A stretch of 18,175 nt of DNA from Fidelibacterota bacterium (lineage in GTDB: Bacteria; Fidelibacterota; UBA2242), in the NCBI GenBank assembly GCA_049975265.1, contig JBNGDF010000038.1, forward strand, positions 1 through 18,175, written 5' to 3'. The position numbers and the translations under genes are program-made. Shown here piece after piece: positions 7,899 to 14,993 of this stretch. Position 1 is the stretch's first letter; each line of letters begins with the position of its first letter. The notes under the pieces were generated by a model. That model saw only the letters and a list, made by a program, of their open reading frames with translations. It searched no databases and was not told where the DNA came from.

Positions 7899-9002
7899 AT
7901 GAAACAATTTTACATATTAAACGGAATATTCTTAATCCTACTCGGGCTGGGCGGCTGCGAAGAGGAGATGCTGCTGACCGAGTTTACCGATTATGAATTC
8001 GACTATCAGCCGGAAATCCGGATCGAGGCGATTCTGAATACGGAATTCCCCGGGCAGACGGTGGTGCGGATTGACTACAGCATTCCGGTAACCGATACGA
8101 CCATTTTTAATAAGCAGGATGACGACGGCGACTGGGTCGGCTTCACGGACCTGAATGGAAACGGAAAGTGGGATAACGGCGAACCGCTGAACGATGATGT
8201 GGGCGCCGACGGCTACCCCAGTGTAGACAATGAATATCTGACACCCGATGAGGGCGAGGGCGACGGTCTGCCGACGCCGGGCGAACCGCATATTGATGAG
8301 GTGGACGAAATCATCAGTCAACTGCACGACTCTACCTTTACGGTGGAACTCTACCATAAATCCAGCGGAGACAGGGTAGCGGATTTTACCTGGCAGGCGC
8401 AGGCGGACTCCTTCGTAACCATCGTCAACTATGAGACGGAACAGAAGGAGATCATCCGGTACGGCGGCTACAAATTGACGAACCTGCTGGATTCCATTAC
8501 ATTTAATGAGGAGTACGAGTTTCGGGTCTCAGGAGATGACCGCGAAATCCGAGCCTCCTTTGAGCCGAAACCGCCGGTTCGGTTTTTGACAATGTTCTCC
8601 GCCATGCATAACGATACCCTGATTGTCACCGAAGCGGATACGCTGGCGCCGGTCTGGACTACCGGGGCAAACCCGATTGTCTTCTGGATCAAGGTGGAGA
8701 AAATCTGGCGTCCCGACTCCATTGAGATCGTCAGTGACTATCCCTCGGCACCCCTTAGCGTGCAGAACGGGATGTACATCGGTGGTGATTTCGTCGGAAT
8801 GTATTTTCCCGGACTGTATCGCTGGACGGTCTATGTGCCCAGCCACAATTACGGACGCTATGTCTACTCATCCCTGCCAATCACCGATTCCAGCATCAGC
8901 AACTGGCGAGATCAGGACGGCAAAGTAGTACTCGGCTGCGCCGGTTCCATGGCGCCGCAGTCCATCTATGTGCGGATTGACCGCCCGGTGGAAAAGTTAT
9001 AA
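7899..9002 (+). CDS. Outer-membrane lipoprotein partner of the receptor (DUF4249-like) with an acidic Ca-binding-like insert
   Basis: Lipobox LGG|C, start 18 bp after the receptor stop, C-terminal SN...G.VVLG motif, and Asp-rich DLNGNGKWDNGEP segment. The family name is inference. Confidence 0.75.
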   Translation: MKQFYILNGIFLILLGLGGCEEEMLLTEFTDYEFDYQPEIRIEAILNTEFPGQTVVRIDYSIPVTDTTIFNKQDDDGDWVGFTDLNGNGKWDNGEPLNDDVGADGYPSVDNEYLTPDEGEGDGLPTPGEPHIDEVDEIISQLHDSTFTVELYHKSSGDRVADFTWQAQADSFVTIVNYETEQKEIIRYGGYKLTNLLDSITFNEEYEFRVSGDDREIRASFEPKPPVRFLTMFSAMHNDTLIVTEADTLAPVWTTGANPIVFWIKVEKIWRPDSIEIVSDYPSAPLSVQNGMYIGGDFVGMYFPGLYRWTVYVPSHNYGRYVYSSLPITDSSISNWRDQDGKVVLGCAGSMAPQSIYVRIDRPVEKL

Positions 9003-9057
9003 GCCTTCCGAAGGCTGAATAACTTCGGAAGGCTGGCAAATTCAGCGGGTTTTTTTT
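9002..9057 (+). repeat. REP-like inverted repeat and probable terminator between convergent genes
   Basis: AGCCTTCCGAAG (9002-9013) and CTTCGGAAGGCT (9023-9034) form a perfect 12-bp inverted repeat. A T8 run follows at 9050-9057. Confidence 0.7.
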
Positions 9058-9058
9058 A

Positions 9059-9724
9059 TCACTCTTCGGCGGGTTTAAGTATCAGTTCGATGGAAAGGGC
9101 AGCGATCCAGAGGAAATACGCCAGCCAGGCAATCCCGTTTAAACTTGCGAAAAATCCCGCCGGGTCATTTTCGACAATGGCAAATACGCTTGTCACGGCT
9201 GCCAGACCGATCACCAGACCTGCCCAGCCCAGCCAGCGGCTGAAGACGGCGGTGCGCAGGATGATTACTGCCGCGCCGAGCATCGCCACACCCCCGTAAG
9301 CTTCCGAAACCGTATAGGCATAAAAGTTGGCGGCGACTCCGTATGGTGCCATTTCGGCGGATAAGCCGCCTCCGATCAGCGCCTCCCCGATAATGAATGC
9401 ACCGGCAATAGTCCCCGCCGCCGGTGACATGATAGCGCCAGCCCAGGTAACCCGCGTCCACAGCGCCGGTTTTCCCTCAGCCGCCTGCAGCTTCTCGCAG
9501 AATCCGGCATAGAAGGGAAAATAGAACAGCAGAAAGGCAATTCCCGCCAGCCAGTGACCAAACCGGAACCACTGTCCGTTTTCGGCGAACCAGGTGGCAA
9601 ATAGCGCCTTTTCCTGATTGTATGCCGGTGGAAGAACATTGATCACGGCGGCGAGAAAGGAGAGCCCGACGAACAGAATTCCGGCATAGCCGCTGATCCG
9701 CCACGAATGTTTGAAGCAGCTCAT
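9059..9724 (-). CDS. Multi-pass membrane protein (DUF4386-like)
   Basis: About six hydrophobic segments, motif ILRTAVFSRWLGWAGLV, and RBS GAGGTG before the ATG. Confidence 0.75.
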   Translation of the reverse strand: MSCFKHSWRISGYAGILFVGLSFLAAVINVLPPAYNQEKALFATWFAENGQWFRFGHWLAGIAFLLFYFPFYAGFCEKLQAAEGKPALWTRVTWAGAIMSPAAGTIAGAFIIGEALIGGGLSAEMAPYGVAANFYAYTVSEAYGGVAMLGAAVIILRTAVFSRWLGWAGLVIGLAAVTSVFAIVENDPAGFFASLNGIAWLAYFLWIAALSIELILKPAEE

Positions 9725-9836
9725 TATTCACCTCTTATTAATTGATTAATGTACACTTAACGTCCGTAAAATATCAGATAATATAAACAAAACCTACCTG
9801 TTAAAACAGCTTGATTTTCCCGGACTATATACGAAT

Positions 9837-9851
9837 AACCTTCCGAAGGTT
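9837..9851. repeat. REP half-unit AACCTTCCGAAGGTT
   Basis: Self-palindromic 15-mer of the same family as 9002-9034 and 11796-11828. Confidence 0.6.
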
Positions 9852-9882
9852 GGTTGTGCGTGATCGCGAGGTAAAAATCGTT

Positions 9883-10532
9883 TCAGAACGACAAAAACGG
9901 GCGATCAAGCCGTTTATCCAGCGCATTGTTCTTTTTCAGGGCTCTGTGCCAGCCGATATCGTTGAGCCCGGTCGCCGTGGCGGCATTAAATAATATTAAC
10001 TGCAATTTGGACAGGCGAAAGGGCTTTGCGAGTTGAGCAGTAATATCTTCGTCGAAAGTATGCCTTTTTTCGTATGCAACCCCCAATTCGGCAATCCGCT
10101 TTAGCACCTTTTTGAATAATTTGGGATACATGTAAATGGCGGCGGCTTCGCCCTTTGTGACGGTTCCCAGATAGGTGTAATTCAGCCTCTGTGCCAATTC
10201 TCTAAAATAGGCTTTTACATAATCATGTTGCGCTGTTGCTACAAAACCTGCCTGGATGACGAAACCGATTGATTTTCCCTCCGCACTTGCTGGTTTCAGT
10301 TTCTCAATAAATTTCATCACGATGCCCGGCATGGCGTGGATATAGAGCGGCATAAACAAGAGAATCGTGTCGAAGGTTTGGATATAATTCGCCAGCTCCT
10401 GGGGATTGTTATGGGCGATGCATTTTATTTCACTGGATGTTCCATGTTTTTGACAAAGTGCTCAATGAAGATGCGGGTATTACAGTCCCTGGAATCTCCT
10501 TTGGGCGACCCATTTAGAATAATTGTTTTCAT
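9883..10532 (-). pseudogene. Flavodoxin-fold NAD(P)H-dependent FMN reductase-like gene with a 1-nt frameshift near 10430-10450
   Basis: ATG 10532 (ATGA overlap with the upstream gene) reads MKTIILNGSPKGDSRDCNTRIF... to TAA after VK. The other frame continues EIKCIAHNNPQELANYIQTFDTILLFMPLYIHAMPG. Total length is 650 nt, one short of a multiple of 3. Confidence 0.8.
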
Positions 10533-11008
10533 GTATTCACTCCAGAATTTGTGTAATTGCCGACCGGTTCGATTTTTATCAATTTTGAGTAAAATTGATA
10601 AAAAACCCGGTTGATATAATCAATGAATATTTGGCGGGCGTCGTCCGTTGCGAATTCTCCCTCATAATAAAATTCGATTTCCGGATACTTTTCGTATCTG
10701 GGAACGTGCATGGATTCGCCGGTTTTATAAGTCGTGTAGGAGAGATAGAGTGGAATCATCCGGTCAAACAGAGTCTTCAAATTTCCGCTCACGAAACCTT
10801 TGGTAACCTTGGCAAAATAGATCGCTTTATCGGCGGTGATGTATTGATGGTAAAACTGATTCAAATCCTCATAGACGCATCTGCCGGGGGTTTTCCACCA
10901 GCAAGTCCAGCAGCCGATACAGTCCCTGATGGCAGTTTTATTCAGAGCCAGATGGTAAGCCCCCGGAATGACTAAATTGTCACATTCGCTAATGACGACC
11001 AAATTCAT
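10529..11008 (-). CDS. Flavodoxin-family / iron-sulfur flavoprotein-like protein
   Basis: IRDCIGCWTCWWKTPGRC (Cx2Cx2Cx7C), GFVSGNLKTLFDR, and RBS AGGGAG. Confidence 0.85.
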   Translation of the reverse strand: MNLVVISECDNLVIPGAYHLALNKTAIRDCIGCWTCWWKTPGRCVYEDLNQFYHQYITADKAIYFAKVTKGFVSGNLKTLFDRMIPLYLSYTTYKTGESMHVPRYEKYPEIEFYYEGEFATDDARQIFIDYINRVFYQFYSKLIKIEPVGNYTNSGVNT

Positions 11009-11075
11009 GCAAATCTCCCTTATTATTTACTGTAATGTAACCGCAGAACGGCTTTTGTTTCTAAATCTACTTTTA

Positions 11076-11760
11076 TTAACGGGATGAAATCTCGGCGCTG
11101 TTTTTTACTATTTCATAAGTCAGCCATACATATCCGCTTTTTAACAACTCGCAATGGGTGCAGCGTAAATTAATTTTTCTTTCGACTCCCGCAAACAGGA
11201 GCTCAGACTGTTTGCCGAGGATTTCAGGTGAGAGAATCAGACTGATTTCATCAATCAGGTCGTTATTTAACAGGATATTTCCCAAACCTTTCCCGGTATC
11301 CACTAAAATTTTATAGATCGAAAATTTTTCAGCCAGCTGCCTGATTGCGTCCCGATAATCAACATAATGCTCGCCCGTGATAATATAATCGTATCGTCTT
11401 GCTTCAAGATATCTCAAAAAATCGCCGGGCGTTTTTTTTTTAAACTAGAACGATCACATCTCTGCAAAATTCAAACCGACGGTAATAATGTAGCAATCCC
11501 TTTAATATCCCTCTGGAATCGGGAATGATCCAATAGGAAAGCGATTTGTCCTTTTTCGGTTTGGCAAAGTCAGATTTCGTTTCTGCCGGTACGCTTTGCC
11601 CGAACTCTTCAATTCCGGTTTTTGCCGTCACGGAGCCCGCCATGTATCCGTCGGGCTTGAATGAATTGACAATCCCATAATGCAATTCCAGGCTGGGTGT
11701 CAGACCGATGAACGAACCGTCCAAGCTGATTGAGTTATGCAGGATTAGTTTTGTTTTCAT
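11076..11760 (-). pseudogene. RibD C-terminal / dihydrofolate-reductase-fold protein, disrupted at the A10 tract (11432-11441)
   Basis: ATG 11760 with AAGGAG; MKTKLILHNSISLDGS...PDSRG; after the break ILVDTGKGLGNILLNNDLIDEISLILSPEILG...VWLTY. An in-frame TAA and a +1 shift occur at the A-tract. Confidence 0.8.
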
Positions 11761-11795
11761 GTCGGCGTGAGCTCCTTGGGTTGAAATAATCATAG

Positions 11796-11828
11796 AACCT
11801 CTCGAAGATTTTGAACCTTCGGGAGCTT
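11796..11828. repeat. Degenerate REP doublet
   Basis: AACCTCTCGAAGATT-TTG-AACCTTCGGGAGCTT is a diverged version of AACCTTCCGAAGGTT...AACCTTCGGAAGGTT. It lies directly after the SGNH stop codon. Confidence 0.6.
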
Positions 11829-11830
11829 GC

Positions 11831-13117
11831 TTATTCAAAAAGTTTCAGATCAACGGTTGCCCCCATCATTTTATGCCCGGTTTCGCTGGGGTGCAGAAAG
11901 TCGCCGTCGTGGGCTTCCGGCAGGATGGTCTGCGGCGTTTCCGGATTTTGCAGCGCCTTTTCAAAATCAATCACCCCATCGAAGCGCCCGCTGCTGCGAA
12001 TCCATTCGTTGATCATTTGACGGGCTTTTTCCCGGTAGTCGGTATAGTAAAAGGATTTGCCGAAGGGCAGGAGGGTGGCGCCGTATACCCGGATACCGGC
12101 GGCGTGGGCTTTTTCAATCATCTCTCCGAAGGCGTCAATCAGGTTGCGCGCAACCCGCTCCGCTTCGGCTTGCGAGGATGTCTGTCCGATATCGTTGGTT
12201 CCTTCGAGGATGATCAGCCAGCGCACCCCGTGCTGACGGAGGATATCCCGTTCGAAGCGGTCGAGGGCGGAGGGTCCCAGGCATTCCCGCAGGACGCAAT
12301 TGCCGCCAATCCCGAGATTCAGGACGCCGATTTGCCGGGTCGCCGGATTTTCCAGCAGCCGCTGCGCCAGAATATCAGTCCAGCGATTCTGCCGATTGGT
12401 GCCGGAGCCGCGCCCATCGGTGATGGAGTTACCGAGGACAGCCACCGCGGCGGCACCGGGCGGGGCTTTGACATCAATCCCGTCAATCACGTACCAGTGG
12501 TCTGTCTTGGCGGAATTGCTGAAATCCGCTGCTGAAATCTGATTGCCGGGCAGGATATAGGAGGTGGTGCGTGATCCGGGATGACCGGTGACGTCGGGGG
12601 AGGTCTGCCCGAAATGGATGGTGATCGCCAGCTCCATCCGCGGCTGCAACGCAAAGTCCACCGGGTCGGACAGAGCCGCTCCGCCGGGAGCCATGGTGAC
12701 ACCGGCTGCGCCGTTGAATGTCAGGTCAGTAATCGTCTCTGTCTCGATGGCACCGTCGCCTTTGGAGACGGCGATCCGGACCGCCTGCATGGTCACCGGC
12801 TGACGGCTGAATTCGTTGGAGAAGCGCACCCGCAGACGGTTTCCGCCGATGGAGACGCAGACCACCTGACGCAGGGTATTGTTGCTCAGACCGGGTGCGG
12901 GCGGCAGGTTGTGCGGTTCCACCAGCTGCTGGGCGGTGCTCCAGGTGCCTACCCAGTTTTCCCTTGTGTCCGGGCAGCGGGACATTGCCGGCGCAGCGGA
13001 TTTAGCAAATCCGACAATCAGCAGGGTGAATCCGATGACTACTGCCGGCAGCGAGCGACGGACAGGCGTACATTTTCGGAAAAAGGAGGTGCGAGGGGCT
13101 TTTAAAATATCAATCAT
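11831..13117 (-). CDS. Secreted SGNH/GDSL hydrolase (esterase/lipase family)
   Basis: WVGTW, TLRQVV..SIGG..LRVRFSN; block I GNSITDG, block II GIGGN, block III LEGTND, block V DFLHP. The exact start is uncertain. Confidence 0.92.
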   Translation of the reverse strand: MIDILKAPRTSFFRKCTPVRRSLPAVVIGFTLLIVGFAKSAAPAMSRCPDTRENWVGTWSTAQQLVEPHNLPPAPGLSNNTLRQVVCVSIGGNRLRVRFSNEFSRQPVTMQAVRIAVSKGDGAIETETITDLTFNGAAGVTMAPGGAALSDPVDFALQPRMELAITIHFGQTSPDVTGHPGSRTTSYILPGNQISAADFSNSAKTDHWYVIDGIDVKAPPGAAAVAVLGNSITDGRGSGTNRQNRWTDILAQRLLENPATRQIGVLNLGIGGNCVLRECLGPSALDRFERDILRQHGVRWLIILEGTNDIGQTSSQAEAERVARNLIDAFGEMIEKAHAAGIRVYGATLLPFGKSFYYTDYREKARQMINEWIRSSGRFDGVIDFEKALQNPETPQTILPEAHDGDFLHPSETGHKMMGATVDLKLFE

Positions 13118-13212
13118 GGTTCGTCGTTCTTTTTTAGTAATCCCTTGATTTTCATATATGGATTTTACAAATAAATATTAAAAATGCCAATGTCGGAATC
13201 GGAATCATCCGT

Positions 13213-13881
13213 TCATACTTGCCGGAGAATCTTCCGGTAATGGAAGGTCAGAAAAAAGCCCAGCAGGGTCACACAACCGCCCATTCCGAGATTGATCGTC
13301 AGAAATACCAGCAACGTGTTTTCAAAGACGTAACCGAGCCCGGCGAGCAGGCAACAGACACCGTTGATAATGAAGAGGAATCGGATCGCCCTTTGAAACA
13401 CAGGCGCAAGCATGAGAGATGACAGCCCCAGGAAGAGGGTCCAGCCCAGCATGTTGATTGCCGAGAAGGCGGAGTCCGGCTTGCCCTGCAGGAAGTGTTC
13501 GATGCCCTGGAAATGACCGTTTAAGAGGTTTATCCTGACGGCGCTGATCTGCACGAAGTAATGGATTCCGATGAGGGTGGCGAAAATCCCGGCAAACGTC
13601 AGGGCATTTCTGGTGAGTATCTTCTGCTCAGTCCCCGCCATTTCGTGAATACTGGCTACCAGTATGACAAAAGCCGGACCGAAGAGGAGCATGGCGGTCT
13701 GGGCGATGTATTTCAGCAACTGGCTATGAGTGGTCGTGTAGGTGATATAGTCGTTTATATTCGTTCATTCGTAGATGGGACTGGTCAGGGCAATCCCGAT
13801 AAAACAGCCGCTGAAGATGATAAACAGGATCGCCGAACAGGCGGCTGCCCAAAATGCCATGGTAAGGGGTAGTCTGTTCAT
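13213..13881 (-). pseudogene. Multi-pass membrane protein with an in-frame TGA at codon 39 (13765-13767)
   Basis: Strong RBS AAAGGAG before ATG 13881. MNRLPLTMAFWAAACSAILFIIFSGCFIGIALTSPIYE*TNINDYITY... runs in frame into the ORF-track 13213..13719 protein. Confidence 0.75.
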
Positions 13882-13933
13882 GGAAAAATTCTCCTTTCTC
13901 TTTGGGTTTTTTCCGCCGGCTTCAGACGCCGGC

Positions 13934-14833
13934 TTACCGGACATGAGACGCTGAATCGCCGCTTACCGGATTTTCGGAGGTAGGGCTGAACAGCTTATAA
14001 AACAGCGCTTCCGGGTCTGTCATCAGCTCCGGTTGTTGTCCGGTCAAATATTCGATATAGCGGGCGCCGCCTTCGTAAAAGGAGATCCGGTGAAAAGGCG
14101 GTTCCTGACCGTAGTGATTTTCCGGGAGATCGAGTCGGCGGCGGATTCGGTTTTCGATAAAACGGGCAAAGCCCTCTTTCCACTCCTGCCAGACCAGATA
14201 CTCGAAGTCAGGCTGAGGCAGAATCCGCTGCAGCCGTCGGCGGGATTTTGCAATCGCCTGTGAGTCCTTCTCTGCCAGTGCCTTCAGGAACCGGGAATAG
14301 GTTCTGGTGAAGCGGCGGTGGGTGTAGGGAAAGGGGTAGTTGATCTCCCATGAATAGTCCTGCCGGCTGAGTGCTTTTTGTGCCACCGTCAGTTTTTCTT
14401 TCAGTTTCTGTTCGCAGGTTGCCCACTGATGGCAGTGCATGAACTCGTGGAAAATTGTCACGTAGCCCTCCAGGGACTCGAACACCTCGCCCGATACCAC
14501 GCAAGCCGCCTGGTTTCCGTAGCATTCCAGCGGAAAAGCGGCGCGGATACCGACCGGAACCGGCAGCGGTGTGGGGGCTTTCCTGACGAAAATGTACTTT
14601 TCTTTGGATGAGTCGAGGTCAAATATCAGGAAGCTGTCGTTTTCGACGACGGCAATCGGGAAGAGCCGGTCTAAAAAGGGGTGGATGTCGCCGATCTTCC
14701 TGCGGATTTCGACTACTTTTTGGAGATCGGCGTCGTATTTCGATCCGATTTCTTCCGCGAGCACCGCCGGACTGCCTGCCGGCAGAATCAGAAGGGCGAT
14801 CAGGGCGGCGGGTATTCGCCAGAATCTGCTCAT
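13934..14833 (-). CDS. Exported protein with HExxH motif, putative zinc metallopeptidase
   Basis: Signal-like N-terminus from ATG 14833 (MSRFWRIPAALIALLILPAG), FHEFMHCHQ, and downstream WKEGFARFIE. The ORF track starts at 14941. Confidence 0.6.
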   Translation of the reverse strand: MSRFWRIPAALIALLILPAGSPAVLAEEIGSKYDADLQKVVEIRRKIGDIHPFLDRLFPIAVVENDSFLIFDLDSSKEKYIFVRKAPTPLPVPVGIRAAFPLECYGNQAACVVSGEVFESLEGYVTIFHEFMHCHQWATCEQKLKEKLTVAQKALSRQDYSWEINYPFPYTHRRFTRTYSRFLKALAEKDSQAIAKSRRRLQRILPQPDFEYLVWQEWKEGFARFIENRIRRRLDLPENHYGQEPPFHRISFYEGGARYIEYLTGQQPELMTDPEALFYKLFSPTSENPVSGDSASHVR

Positions 14834-14993
14834 CGGTCTGAAGGTCCAAAAAATGGGTAAAGTGATATTATTGCGAACATTTTTGACTCCAGTCTGTCTT
14901 TTTCGCAGGGCATACGTAGTCGGATTTATATATTCCTTCAATATGATATGTGAATTCCTTAGATGAAATCATTTTTACAGTTTCCAGCTATCT

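Noticed and set aside
6648..7907. 419-aa minus-strand ORF
   Set aside because: It is entirely antisense to the well-supported TonB-dependent receptor and has no recognisable motifs. This is a typical shadow ORF caused by codon bias.
11440..11838. ORF-track start at 11838 for the RibD-C N-terminal half
   Set aside because: The extension runs through the REP element. ATG 11760 has an AAGGAG RBS and begins the family-typical N-terminus.
11873..13148. Several plus-strand ORFs (80-220 aa) over the SGNH gene, and similar short overlapping ORFs elsewhere
   Set aside because: They are antisense or alternate-frame ORFs in GC-rich coding DNA without motifs or RBS support.
13765..13767. Selenocysteine or TGA=Trp recoding
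   Set aside because: No SECIS-like hairpin follows the TGA, the context is not a redox motif, and TGA is used as a normal stop elsewhere (aldo/keto reductase at 1998-2000).
13915..13933. GCCGGC-N7-GCCGGC hairpin as a terminator
   Set aside because: No U-tract follows it on the coding (minus) strand, and the stem is short.
9059..14941. Integron cassette array (co-oriented heterogeneous genes)
   Set aside because: The intergenic palindromes lack the RYYYAAC...GTTRRRY attC architecture, and no integrase is in the window.
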